This document shows positions 26,094 through 39,728 of a DNA stretch of 64,000 nucleotides, one piece after another; position 1 is the first letter of the stretch, and each line of letters starts with the position of its first letter. Both the position numbers and the translations under genes were made by a program. The notes beneath the pieces were generated by a model. It had not been told where the DNA came from. It saw nothing but the letters and a program-made list of their open reading frames with translations, and searched no databases. The DNA is taken from positions 35,092,001 to 35,156,000 of the forward strand of contig NC_043001.1 of NCBI RefSeq assembly GCF_006345805.1, in the 5' to 3' direction. This stretch comes from Octopus sinensis (lineage: Eukaryota).

Positions 26094-26296
26094 ACATATA
26101 TACATATACATGTATATATATATATATACATGCGTGTATGTATGCATATATATACATATGTATATAAATAGAAGTATGTATATATATATGTGTGTGTGTG
26201 TGTGTAAATATAAAAGTATATAGATATGTTTATATCTTTGTGCATTTCACACTATATACGCTTCTATAATTTGTAATATATATATATTATGCATTG

Positions 26297-26327
<31 letters not shown>

Positions 26328-26828
26328 ATGTGTGTGTGTGTATGTATTTACATACACACATACATATATATTGATATATAGATATACATGTATAAATATA
26401 TATATATAAATATGAATATATGTATGTGTCTGTGACTGTATGCACGTATATATATATTCCTAATTTATCAGCTCATGTATTTTAATCTGTAATGATGAAA
26501 ATTATCTAGAAAAAAGTCTTCATTTGGGCACATTGTGTCTCATAAAAAAAGCATTTGTGTTTTAGGCGTCTGAGTGCGGGTGGTCTGCATAATTAAGTCT
26601 TCATCTGTGCACTTTCATACGTTATGGGAAAAATGAACAATAGATGTTAATATATTATCTATAAAGATACATTACAATATTTTTATATATAGTTTTCAAA
26701 GTTATCAGTGTGAAAAAGTCTGACGTAATTTTCATATCTCTTTAGATTATCATTAAATTTTGAAAATTCAGCGAGAATTTAGAATTAGGGTTACAATGGT
26801 GTAACAATGGTATATGTGGCATTAAGAA

Positions 26829-26990
26829 AGCGGTGAGCTAGCAGAATTATCACATCAGACAAAATATTTAGCACCAATACGTACGGCTCTTTACTTTCCG
26901 AGTTCAAATCCCGACGAGGTCAACTGAGTCAATTAAATAATGTACCAATCGTGTACTGGGGTCACCATAATTGACTTATCCCTTCTCTTT
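26829..26990 (+). mobile_element. Old degenerate SINE family A
   Basis: GCGGTGAGCTAGCAGAA head, GAGTTCAAATCCC B box, ACTGGGGTC downstream. Confidence 0.55.
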
Positions 26991-29599
26991 AAGAGAGTAA
27001 AAAAAAGAAAAAAATACAGATAAATTTATGGCGTTGAATTGTGCGAAGGACCAGCGTCTAAGTGGATTATCGTGATATCGTTAATTTATATGTCACGGCA
27101 ACCGAGTAACCGGACTTATGAGTTCAAAGGATCCACCAAAATAAAACAAAATGTTAATGAGAACACCAAAATGTAATCTATGACGTTCAAAAGAATGTAA
27201 AAACCTTTTATGCTTCGACTGCATGTAGGGGATTTTAAAATCTATCAGCTAGATCTCCTTTAAAGTTCTACATACCTTGATAAAAGGGATGGAAGGATAT
27301 ACTTGGTAGTGTGATTACAGCTCGACCTATACTCATTAGATGATCTTGTCTAGACGACTAGTCAACTCGAGAGGTTGCCATTCGCCATGGTGGAGTTGTT
27401 TAATGACTGCGCCGACGCCAATTTCGGATGCGTTGACTACAAGAGAAATTTCGGCATGAAGAATGGGGTGAGCTAACATGGAGACACGAGAGAGTTTCTG
27501 TTTAACATCGTCCAAAGTTTGTATTTCAGTAGGAGTTAAAGTTATATTTTCTGTTCTCTTCTCGTGATGTTGCAGAAATTTGTTGAGAGGGCATAAAGTT
27601 TCAGAAGTATAAAACGTTGATAGAAATTAGCTAATCCAAGAAATTGTCTGAGCTGTCTTAATGAAACATGAACTGGAATTTTCACGATAGCCTCAACTTT
27701 TTCTGGCAAAGGCCTAATCAATGGTGTGTCCAAGGAAAGTTAGTGAAGGCACACCGAAAATACATTTGGTAGCATTGATACGAATTTTGTATTGAGAAAA
27801 CCTTTCGAAAAGTTGCTTCAAATGAATCTCATTTTCTTTCTCGGAAGAATTAGCGTAGACGAAATATAATCCACGTATTACTTCATGAATGAAACGTTGT
27901 AGTACTGGCGGCGTTCCTTAACCCAAAAGGCATGGTAAGAAATTCAAATGACCCGAACGGGGTTGCAACATTTGTTTTCGAAATATCATTTGGTTTTACC
28001 GGAATCTGATTGTATGCAACCGTGTAGAGAAGATGCAAAATCTTAATTAACCGATATAGGATATATATCTGGAATGTTAATAGCGTTGAGTCGTCTATAG
28101 TCACCAGTAGGTCTAAAATCACTAGATTTCTTTTTCACTAAACAGAGTGGTGATGGTCAGTTACTCTTTGAGGGGGGAATTATTCCAAGCTGGAGCATGT
28201 GACTGAACTCTACTGTAGTAGTCTTGAGTTTCTCGGGTGATAAACATCTAGGAAACGACAAAACGGGAGAGCCATTGGTGGCTATATAATGTATAGCCAC
28301 CATTAGTTGTTTGTGTTGACATTGAAAGTTAAATTTGTTAATTCAGGAAAAGATTGAAGCAAGGCTTGATATTTGTCTGGTTGATCCACAATAAAAAATA
28401 GTGGGCTGACAGAAGTGAAAGTGAAATATCTTTCTAAAGCGCATAACTGTGTACTGCTATCGATAAGTCTCTTTCTTTTGACATCCACTAATAGTGAAAA
28501 ATGGTGGGGAAAATCAGCTCCTAAAATTGAGTGAGGAAGATCAGCAATGATGAAAACCGACTGGAAACTTCGTCTGAGATTCAGATCTAGTATGAGTGAA
28601 ATCTCATCGAAAGTTTTAATACGAGAGCTGTTGACTGCTTGAAGAGATATATCAGAACTGAAAAGGTTTTCTTTGACAAATTTAGACGATATACTGCAGG
28701 ATGCTTCTGAATCGACTAGAAATTACTTATTACACTCTAAATCTAGTATGAAAAATGCGTGACTAGGGGAAAATGCGCCAAGAATTGCGGTCACGCTCGG
28801 AGTTCGGCTTTTTAGCTTTCCTGAGTTTTAAATGTACAAAGTGAAATACATTTCTTAGCTGCACAACCAAACTTATAATGATATCAGCAAAAAAGATTTT
28901 TATCAGCTGGGAGAACGGGAATTAGAACGACGATAGCGACGAAGAGAAGAACTTCTATAGATACGCAAGAGACGAATTTCTGCGATTAGCTTATCTATAG
29001 TCCTTTGCCTAGATTCACAAAACTCTTTAAATTCAGAAGAAACTGCTACAACTGACAAAGGAGAGTTGTTCTGTTCTGGAGTGGATTTTGTATACTCCAA
29101 ACTTTTATCTGCCGACGCTGCAAGTTCGTCGACAGTGCTAATGTCGGTCAAATGGGCGAGCATACTTTGGACATACTGTTGCAATCTGGAGAAGAAGATT
29201 TGTTTAAGCAACTTACTTTCAGCAGGGTTGTTCTCTGTGAGTTACCGCATTTTACTGAGCATTTGCGATGGTGTTCTGTCTCCTAAATTCTCATCGGTGA
29301 GAAGTTTTCGAAACTGCTTTTCGGGAGAGAGCGAGGTTCCTCTTAAAATTTCATTTTTAATTGATGGATACGTTGTAAAGTAAAACGTAGAGTCACTATT
29401 GGTCTGAATTTTGCTTGTTTGTAGAGGAAAATGCTTCTAACTGGGCAAACCAGACAGCGATATCTCCTGTGAAAATTGGTAATATCATCATCGTATGAAT
29501 TGAAGATAATTCAGTTGAGGAAAATTATGACATGGAAAGTATTAGGATATAACTAAATATGTAGAATACAACTAAATATTCTCCAGGATAGAATTTGGG

Positions 29600-29621
29600 A
29601 TCCACGTCAGGCTTGTCACCA
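29600..29621 (-). promoter_or_regulatory. Primer-binding site, degenerate match to tRNA-Trp 3' end
   Basis: Minus strand TGGTGACAAGCCTGACGTGGAT, 5 nt from the LTR end, versus TGGTGACCCCGACGTGAT expected for eukaryotic tRNA-Trp (indels needed). Confidence 0.55.
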
Positions 29622-29626
29622 ATTTA

Positions 29627-29996
29627 TGTAGTGGAAATATATATTTAGTATCAGGTGTTGATATGGCTGCGTGTATATTATTACAAGAGTTCATATAGAG
29701 ATGAAGAATATATTCAAGAACTATATATTTTATTTACTGGTCGATGATGATACATAATCAAAATGTAGAATCTAGTTGAATAGAATGTTCAGAGATACGA
29801 AATGTAGAAATAACAGCTAAGTGGTGACTTTCAGACATGTGGCGTAGAGAAATAGACGGGCATAGCAATGACATGAATGGCTCTAAGTCTAATCGTCTAA
29901 GAAGTGAAGAGCACTGTTAGCAAGCTGTTTTTATTAATGGAATGCTAGACATTCTAGAAACCTCCAAGAGAACTACATAGTTCATAGACCACTACA
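29627..29996 (-). repeat. Gypsy 5' LTR (370 bp)
   Basis: Bounded by perfect 8-bp inverted ends TGTAGTGG...CCACTACA and adjacent to the PBS. Confidence 0.8.
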
Positions 29997-31950
29997 GACC
30001 CGTACAAGGGGCATCAAATAAATGATTTTAGGACTATAACTCTGCTGAACGCAGATTATAAGATTTTGGCCAAGGTTTTAGACAATAGATTAGCTCTTGT
30101 CGTCGACAAATGGGCCGGTTATTCACAGACACGCTATATCCCACAGAGATCTATCCACGGTAACCTCTACCTCATGCACTACAACTTAGGATAGGGAAGG
30201 AACCTGGTATGGGTGGAGCACAGATCAATTTCGAGTAATCGAAAGCTTTTGATAGGTTGACCATCAATATTTGGAAGTTGTCCTCGCAGTGGCCAGTTTC
30301 GGTCCCGTTTTCAGATGCTGGATCGCCGCAAGGTACAGCGACATCTGTTCTGTGGTAAAGTAAACGGCCACAAACCGGAATCGTTTAGAATCGCCTATTC
30401 TGTCCGTCAAGGATGCCCACTCTCTCCTCTTCTGTACGTGCTGGCTCACTAGCTCGAGAACTGGGGCGATCCACACTACCTTAAGGGGGTACGAAGCTAT
30501 GACACGAACAAAAATCAGGACAAGATGGTGGGCCTGTAGCACGGCACCTGGAGAGGCAGGTCCATGTCAACTGAAAGCTGGACAGAAGGACCAGTTAAAT
30601 TGCTTGGAGTCTGGTTTGGTCCGGACTACCAGGTGGCCAAGAAACAGGGGGTGGGTGTGACAGGCAGGTTAGCCAATCTCATCCAGAACTGGGCAGAGAT
30701 GAAACTGTCTTTGAATGATCGGGTGGTGGTGGTGAATGCGTACATCGTTTCCGTCATCTACTACCACCTGATCGTTGCCCCTTACCCTGCCTCATGACTG
30801 AATAAGCTGTAGCACTTGCTATTTGGCTTTCTGTAGAAGGGACGTGTTCTGCTCGTCAAACGGTCCATCTGCTGTCAACAGCCGCTTTGTGGAGGACTGG
30901 GCATGAAGTTGCTAACGATGCACGAACACGAGCTGAGACTGCGACACCTCCAATGTTTTCTTAACGGTTAGCAGGTTTGCTCGCCGTTTGTCACACAAAA
31001 TTTTCGGCAGCTCGTCTCATTGACGGAGCTACATTCTTTCAAGCGTAGACCAAGAAAGAGTGCTTGGTACCTGGAGTGCCGGTAAGCTCTCACAGCTCTC
31101 TGCTCGTCAGGCAACGCAGTTGATAGAAGTTCCACTGTGGAATTCTATAGGGGATTAGTAGCGGGGAAGAGCGACGACGTACTCGGGTAAATTTTGGACG
31201 TCGGGCAGGATCAACTAACTGGTTTTTCCGGAGGGCTTACAGGCCGGGCCCGATCGATAACTTCCAGAAATCCCTAGCGTGGTAGTGTTACTAGGGAGAT
31301 CTGGTTTGAAGCAAAGCTTTACAGACATGGAATTGCTGTCAGACGGACCTATCCGAGGTATTTGCAAGGGGACTGATTTGACGAGCTTTGTCGAACAGCT
31401 TTTGTCACGAGTAGGACAGATACAGTTATCAGTCGAGTCCATCGTGAAGAATGCTCCGCCGCCTTCCTTTGTGCGGGAGAGAAAGATAGTTTTCCCCTGT
31501 CTGGTGGCTACGATGAAGAAGGTATTGTGATGGATGAGATTGAAGGGACTCGAGACAGATACTTTCCTTTTCGATCAATCTCTCATTGACTTTTTCAAGT
31601 TCCACCTGAAAAGGAAAGTGAGAATAGAGAGGGAAGTTCTGCCTATCCACCAGTTGAAAGGTGGGTGAATTTTGCGAGGATATCTCGTGTGAATGGGCCT
31701 ACCAAAGGAGTTAGGGAAGGAGAGAGATGCCTGCTGAGTTCCATCTAGCGGTCGGGATAACCAGAATGTGCGGAGTTTGCCGGTTGTCCTTGTGAGGAAC
31801 TCCCCGCTTTCGGATAATTTTGTTGTTGGTTTTGTTAATTGTTTTTTGTTACTTATTGTATACACAGCATTCTTCAACACCTCACTTGTCTCCTGTATTA
31901 TATCGTCCCTATTTGTCTTGTGTTCGGTCCTTGTGGCCAATTAAAGAAAG
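29997..31950 (+). mobile_element. Tx1/L1-clade LINE, 5'-truncated ORF2 (RT to C-terminus) plus 3' UTR
   Basis: FRTITLLNADYKILAKVL, SKAFDR, SVRQGCPLSPLLYVLA, VKLLGVWFG, KLSLNDRVVVVNAYIVSVIYY, FFKFHLKRKVRIERE; degenerate; followed by short (ATT)n. Confidence 0.88.
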
Positions 31951-31975
31951 TATTTTCATTATTATTATTATTACA

Positions 31976-32186
31976 AAGGTGCCAACGCGGCAAAATTGTT
32001 AGCACGCCAGTCAAAATGCTCAGCGGCGATTTGTCTGTATATACGTTCTGAGGTGAAATTCCGCCGAGGTTGACTTTGCCTTTCATCCTTTCGGGGTTGA
32101 TAAATTAAGTACCAGTGAAACACTGGGATTGATGTAATAAAGTTACCTCCTCCCCTAAAATTTCCCGCCTTGCACCTTTAGTAGAA
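31976..32186 (+). mobile_element. Old SINE family A directly after the Tx1 tail
   Basis: Diverged head, AAATTCCGCCGAGG, central block; ATTATTATT on both sides. Confidence 0.75.
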
Positions 32187-32197
32187 ATGATTATTAT

Positions 32198-32345
32198 TCT
32201 TTTCTACTCCAGGCACAAGGCCCGAAATTTAAGGGAAGGGAGCCAGTCGATTAGATCGACCCCAGTATGCATCTGGTACTTAATTTATCGACCCCGAAAG
32301 GATGAAGGGGAAAGTCGGCCTCGGCGGAGTTTGACCTAGAAACGT
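32198..32345 (-). mobile_element. SINE family A, 5'-truncated, tail A2 (tail-to-tail with previous copy)
   Basis: TTCTACTCCAGGCACAAGGCCCGAAATTT tail and central block. Confidence 0.8.
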
Positions 32346-32979
32346 TTATAATTATTATTGTTACAAACGCTTACAATAATTAAATAGCTGATACGGTAGG
32401 TTGTCCGCGGTTACAGTGGTATGTAGCCATATATTATATGATAATATTTTGTAGATAGATAATTTTTCGTCATCGTATGTGTTACAGCATATCTATATAT
32501 ATATATCTATAGATTTTATGTATATGCAGTTTGTTTATATAATTCCAGATAACAAGATATCAAAGACGCATTATTGGATATAAATGAACGCAGATTATAG
32601 CCTTCAGCGATTTGAAGGGAAGATCAAAAGGTTATTTACGATCCTTATTGAGTCAATATATATCCACAATTATTATAGCTTTCTTTTATTGATTTCTGCA
32701 GGACATCCGTCTCAACTAGATTCGTTTTTCAAGACAGAAGCAGGATCAACACTACTTATTATCTTAGCGTATCTATATCACATATCCATTCTCATATACC
32801 ACGTAATTCTCTAACCTTCGCATTCTCCTTATACATGTCGGCGTGTGTGCGATTATAAAGATTATACATATGTATATGTACGTGTGTGTGTGTGCGTATG
32901 TATATATACACATATACATACCTATCTACCTACCTATACACACACACAAACACACTAATATGTATATATATGTATATGT

Positions 32980-33382
<403 letters not shown>

Positions 33383-33384
<2 letters not shown>

Positions 33385-34595
33385 GGGTGCGTAAGATATT
33401 TGAAGATAGATTTATGTTTATAAACAAAAACATATACGATAGATAATAACTTTGATTATCAAAAAATGCTATGAGGATAAAAATAAACCTTCTTTTCTAT
33501 AATGTTATTCAATAAAACCACAATCAGCTTCAACAACTCCTTCTATATGAGATCTAAATCATCTACATTCTTCAATCAAGTGGTTCTGGTTCATTTTGGA
33601 CATTACTTTGACTATGGCAGCTTTCAAAGAACCTTTGAGACTTGGGGAATTAGGAGGCCAAATGTTAGGGGTTATGTGATCATGAAAATTTACAGCCATA
33701 TATTCCCGTGTTACTAGAGCCATAAGTGATGGTGCAGAATCTTACTAAAACACATATGATCTTTCATTGCATACACTGTAAATCCTGGGTTTAACAATTA
33801 TTTGCAGGACCTCAATGTAAGCGGCAGAGTTAAATCTAAGGCCTTGTGGAAAGAAGCAAGGAGGCATCACATGTCCTTCATTACTGACAACCCCTAGAAC
33901 AATGATAGTTGCAGGAAATTTTGTATGTATAACACTTGGAACTTCAGAAGGATCTGGACATAACCATCTGTTATTTCTTCTATTACCTTTTTGATCTTGG
34001 TCCAAGTTTTATCTTTTGCGAAAGCCCAAATCTGCTTCTGCTTCTGCTGAATTTTTCAGTTTGTTTAAGAGCCTGTTAGATATGATGTGATTTTCTTTTG
34101 TTTTTCTGACAAATTGACCTTCCCTAATCTTATGGGACTTATATCTGATGTGTTCGTGGACAACATTTCTGATTGTTCCTTTTCACATATGGAAATCTTT
34201 TGAAATTGACTTCATGGACTTTCTGGGATTGTAATCAATGGGCTGCTGAGCTTGCTGGATAACTTCAGGTGTTTTGATTATTACAAAGGTGTTTAGAATG
34301 CTTTTTATGCTTTGATACTGGTGACATGTTTCCATCTTCAGTCTCTAGCTCCTTACAAACTTTTTAGACGAAAGATCCTGCAACTTTTACGAATCGAGAT
34401 ATTTGTAATCGCTAAGCTAAGCCTTTATAACCACAATAACAGCATGTCTCTTCATATCTTGAGTAAGCTGAGGGTATGCCTTTATTATTTTCTTAAACAA
34501 ATATTATACAGAGTTAGCAAAAAATGCAGCAATAACTAAAAAATGGTATGTCCTCAAATACCTCACACCCTCTCTCTCTCTCTTCACACACATAT

Positions 34596-34642
<47 letters not shown>

Positions 34643-34668
34643 GGCGAGAATTTATCCATCGTACCCTG
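33383..34668 (-). mobile_element. mariner-like DNA transposon (maT/DD37D-like), degenerate, about 1.29 kb
   Basis: NRWLCPDPSEVPSVIHTKFPATIIVLGVVSNEGHVMPP, YVF**DSAP, IWPPNSP; imperfect TIRs CAGGGTGCGTAAGATA (33383-33398) and TATCCATCGTACCCTG (34653-34668); the third catalytic Asp region appears deleted. Confidence 0.85.
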
Positions 34669-34720
34669 TATGTATTCTTGTGCGTGCGCGCGTATATATA
34701 TATATATATTTTTTAATTTA

Positions 34721-34782
34721 ATTTTATTTTATTTTATTTAGTTTCAGCTCACAAACTGTGGCCATGCTGGGGCACCGCCATT
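34721..34782 (-). mobile_element. CR1-type 3' tip (about 60 bp)
   Basis: Minus strand GGCGGTGCCCCAGCATGGCCACAG...GCTGAAACT(AAAAT)n matches 11209-11245. Confidence 0.7.
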
Positions 34783-35265
34783 ATATATATATTTGTATAT
34801 GTATATAAGGAATTGTTTTGAATGTGTGTGAGCTCAATATTTTAAACTCGTGGGTTCCATATACGGGCTATGCGATACATTGTTGCCGTATTGAAGGCCA
34901 TTGAATTTTCTATATTTCAATCTACTCAGCTAAATATAAGTTACAGTAGCATTACCAGCAGCGGTAGTACCAGCAACAGTAGCAGCAGCAACAGCGTTGT
35001 CAGTAATCGTGCATTGAATTTACATTAAAATAAATGCCTCAATGCATGTGCATATAATTCAGACTTGAGATGGCTAAGATAGTCGACTAACAAGCAAATA
35101 ATGATATTTTGTGCAAGCCTAGTACTTGCTTCTTTATGTTTATATATACAATAGTGTACATGCTTTCCTACCTGTAGGCCTCACCATATAGATGGAATTT
35201 TGCATTAGAATGAGGTCTTATGCTATGGGTCTTTCTACATTATATCTTGCCAAGATCGGGTAATG

Positions 35266-35488
35266 TTATTTTATTCTTTTATTTGTTTCATTCTTTTGAC
35301 TGCGGCCGTGCTGGAGCACCACCTTTAGGGGTTTTAGTCAAAGAAGTCGACCTCAGGACTTATTCTTTGTACGCCCAGAACTTATTCTATAGGTATCTTT
35401 TGCCGAACCGATAAGTTACGGGGAGAAAAACATACCAACATCGGTTGTCAAACGATGGTGGGGGCACAAACACAGACACAAACACGCA

Positions 35489-35522
<34 letters not shown>

Positions 35523-35654
35523 CAACGGGCTTCTTTCAGTTTCCTCCTACTAAATCCACTGACAAGGTTTTGGTCGGCCCGAGGCAATTAGCAATTGTAG
35601 AAGAGACATGCCCAACCTACTACGCTGTGGAACTGAACCCGGAACCATGTGGTT
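35266..35654 (-). mobile_element. SINE family C with CR1-type tail and internal (TA)n
   Basis: B-box-like GGGTTCAGTTCC (minus), CORE-like TTGGGCATGTCTCTTCT, tail GGTGGTGCTCCAGCACGGCCGCAG...(AAAAGAAT)n. Confidence 0.8.
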
Positions 35655-36771
35655 CACTGATTGATTGTTCTGTCATCTTCATAGGCTTTCCAGAACTTAT
35701 TAGACAAGCTAAATTAACATTCCTTAACAGATCTAAATTAACAGCTATAGAACTGGAAATGAACGAACCGCAAGACTAATGTATTTGCTGTATCCGTTTG
35801 AATACAGCAAATTCAAAATTTGTATCAGCCAAATTCTCACTAAAATCACTATGTAAATAAATATGTAAAAACACAAGATTAGCAGAGTATGTTCATGATG
35901 GAACACATTTTAACATGAATATGCAAAACAAAGGCATATTTGAGAGAACGTAACAATATAACATCTGTCACCTGCTTGAAATTAATTTTCGTAGAGCCAT
36001 AGATTTGGAACACTTGGAGTGGAATGGTAATTACATCGATCTTATCCGTCGAAAATGTCGGCGAAGGGTGTAGACATTCTCTCTCTCTTCTTCTCTCTCT
36101 TTCTTTCTCTCTCTCTCTCTTTCTTTTCTCCTCTCTCTCTCACTCAGCAGTTGAATTTAGTTTAATATAAAATGTTTGCAAAATGGTCGTGACCATATCT
36201 GCTTTTAAAAAGGAGGTGGGAAATTGCATTAGATAATCCCAAATGCAGTCATTTTATGAAGAAAAAGTTCAATGGTAACAGCTCGAAATAAACTGATCAT
36301 AGGTCTATTTTGTTAGCGTGGCCTAGACCGTTCTTCAGCTACACCATTGACTGAGATTCGCTCGAGGCCGTTAGGACATTCTCGACTTTGAAGTACTAAA
36401 TTCAAAATAAAAGAGGTGATGGTGACGGTAGGAATGTCTTTGATCATATGTTTCTTCAATCAATGTCGACAAAGTCGAAAATGAAGAACGAACATGATGC
36501 TTTTATACTCTTAAACTCACGATGTTTTTTCTTTGTCAAATATTCAGAATGTGTACTCTTTAACAACCTACAAAATATCTAACTTCGACAGCAAACCACA
36601 CCTCAATTTCTGAATAAATTGACATAGAAACGTAACAGAATTAACTGAATGTTTTATTTTATCTGTCATCCTTGTTCTTACGAATAAACACACGAAGGTA
36701 TATATATATACATACATACATACATACATACATACATACATGCATACAAACATACATACATACATACGTAC

Positions 36772-36824
<53 letters not shown>

Positions 36825-38349
36825 TGTGTGCTTTTAAATATGTATGTATGTATTCGTAGTGTTATAAAAATTAGTTGTAAAATATGTAATTTTTCGTTGT
36901 TTATTTATAAATAGATATAACAAGTGTGGATTTTCCTAAGGAAATTATAAGAATAAAGCTTAAAACCGTTTAGCTTTTTCCTTTCTGTTTTGTCTTCGTC
37001 GAACGCTGGAGAGTTTATCTTGTCAATCACATGGAATATATATATAAATATAAAAAGAATGTTGAAAAGATTTAAGTTCTGTTCTATCATTTCCTTGGGA
37101 AAATCCAGAATTTTTATATCTAAATGTAAGGAAAGAAAAGATATCTCTAGACTCACAGAATAATATTTCTATCTCTACTAATATATTTCACTGTACAGTA
37201 TGAAGAAACTTTATCCCTATATACATATTTCTGTGTTTGTCTATATATCCATGCATCTCTGTTTGTATGTACGCATGTATATGAAGAAAATATTATGACA
37301 CAATGAAACAACATAAATGTATATTTTTTAAACGTTTCCATGTAGGCATATTTATATTCTTAGCTATTAATATAGACATAGCCAAAACAGTATTCCTACC
37401 TAACTGTTAATATAAAAGTAATGTTAAATAAAAGACAACATTCATGCGTCTTTTCTAACAGATTCTTACAAAAAATAACATTTTCTGGAATTTATGCAGT
37501 TTAGTCAATGTAAGCTTTAGAATATTACAAATGGACGCTGAAGATTATATTAATCAAACCTCGATAAATATAATATGGGAACTCATGGAACACAATGTCT
37601 GTATCAGCATAAGAGCATATCTATTATTTCCTACGTGTGTGCATATGTGTGTATCCTTCTTCTGTATCTACTTTGTGTTTATATTAATTGAACAGTAGAA
37701 GAGAAATAGCGCGTATGATCTTTGTCTGGTGTCTTAAACTCGGGTGATCGATACGGTTACTGCTTGGATTGATCTTCAGAAAAGTCGATTCTAACAAGAA
37801 AGAAGTGTTAATTAAGTTGATTGCTTTGATATTATATAATTAGATGCATAATTGACATGTTCCATTATATATAATGGTTTCCCGTTCTTTAATCTATTTT
37901 AAAGTATATTTGGTTTTATGTCTTATAATATTTTTGTATAGATTGTTTTTGTCTGATAGTAGAAATATGGTTTCCAGCTTTTCATGATTCAATCAAGAAG
38001 CATATCAGTGGCACCATTGTAAATAACGACCCAGCCAGCGACGTTCGTTTTATGAAGTCGCTCGATATATTGGTTGTTGTCATATTTCCTACGTAATAAA
38101 CTATTTCGGCTTTATAATAACACAGCTGAATTTTGAAAAGAAAAGAGATTGGCTGGCTGGCTGGAAGGTCAAGGTTAAATGACATTAAACTGAAGGAAAT
38201 GCTTTCTTCGAGGAAGAAACAACTTAATGAATAAAAAACATAACCATTTCTAAATGTTAAGTTCAAGAAAGAGTAAAATTAGAGATTCAAGAAAATAATG
38301 AGCAAGAGAACAGTGCAGGGATTGAACCAGTTTGTACAGCATAACCTAC

Positions 38350-39250
38350 ACAGCCCGGCAATTATTCAGGATCTTTGTGGAATTACAAGAAGAACAAACG
38401 AGAAAAGATTTTGACAAGAAAGCCAGAAATGTTTTAAGGAAAAGGGCAATAATAGCTATGTCCATTTAACCCATTCAATGAAGAACACTTCTTAATGTTG
38501 AGTATTTACATCTAAAGAAATTACTCATGTAATCTCTGTATGATATCTAATCTCTCTTCCTGTAAAAGTATTTTTTGATAAAGAAGCCCTGCCCGAAAGA
38601 GATAATATTGTGCAGTCAAACAAGGACCAAACCTTATCACAAACACAAGACACTAAAATTGTTTGCACTCTCTAGGCTCCTGAATGTTAGAACTCATGTT
38701 GGCAAAAAATTCTTTGCCTTGATTGATAATCATTTCTTCGATAGACATAAATATGAGAAAATATTCAAAGCATGTTCTGTGTAAACTTCCTACAACTGTT
38801 ACCCTAATGTGAGAAGCAAAATTTCTAGTGAGCGAACCAGCATGCACTCAAAGCCACAATTTTAGGAATTCAGAAATTGCCCCACCATACCAGGCACGCA
38901 TAGTTAACTCATTCGGTTACAAAACAGAGACCATCTCTGTTCCGTCAAATACGGGAATCGAAAGCAAAACTATATAACATTATGCAAAAAGTGATTTGAA
39001 AAGAAATACAACAATCACCTAGTCATTTTCCAAACACGAATGCACAAAATGAATGCACAAAAGCTCGTAAATCTTATCTGAAATTTGAAAAACAGTAACA
39101 AACCACACGCTGTCTATCTCCACGCATAGAGAAATCTATGCCATATATTAACAGGTCAAAATGTATATCCCTTGTATTGCTGAAAGAAGACAAATCGAAG
39201 AACTGCATCGAACTCGAGAGAATGTTGTGACGCAGATTTATAGAAACAGA
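38350..39250 (+). mobile_element. Penelope-like element remnant (RT C-terminal linker and GIY-YIG region), highly degenerate
   Basis: NVRTHVGKKFFALIDNHF...KIF...SYNCYPNV resembles the PLE linker motif; KKYNNH and YIPCIAERRQI resemble GIY-YIG-domain motifs. Confidence 0.55.
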
Positions 39251-39654
39251 AGCAGTATGGCGAAACCAAATGGGAATATCCGCAAGATCATCGCAGGAAA
39301 TAACCCCAGGGGAGCATTCAGCGTAGAAAACGCGGATACAGTAGGATGTTACATATATAAAATATTAAGCTGGAAATATTTCATTAACTTCGATTATCTG
39401 CACAATTAGCGTTTAGATACATAGTTAAAAATAGTTGAAGTCTGACATACATACAGTCGGTCTATATTTGTTATCTTACTGCATATTAATTAATGCTTCT
39501 CAAGTTTAGACTTTAGTATGAATACATATTCAAACATACCCATTCATCGATATACATATTGAAACATATGTGCGTATATGTGTATTCACACAAACACTCA
39601 CCCTTACAGATACTCACACTCACATATAATCTCACACGCATATATAAAACGATC

Positions 39655-39728
<74 letters not shown>

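Larger units (their letters stand above)
27375..29996 (-). mobile_element. Ty3/Gypsy LTR retrotransposon, degenerate, 3'-truncated (gag-PR-RT-start of RNase H; no integrase or 3' LTR seen)
   Basis: Gag: WFAQLEAF, LGDRTPSQMLSKMR; protease FLVDSEAS...ILGADF; [54 protein letters not shown]; RNase H start LVVNASEIGVGAVIKQ...WQPL. Many stops and frameshifts. Confidence 0.92.

Noticed and set aside
39161-39409. 82-aa ORF as a host exon
   Set aside because: Its start (YIPCIAERRQI) fits the end of the adjacent degenerate Penelope GIY-YIG domain.
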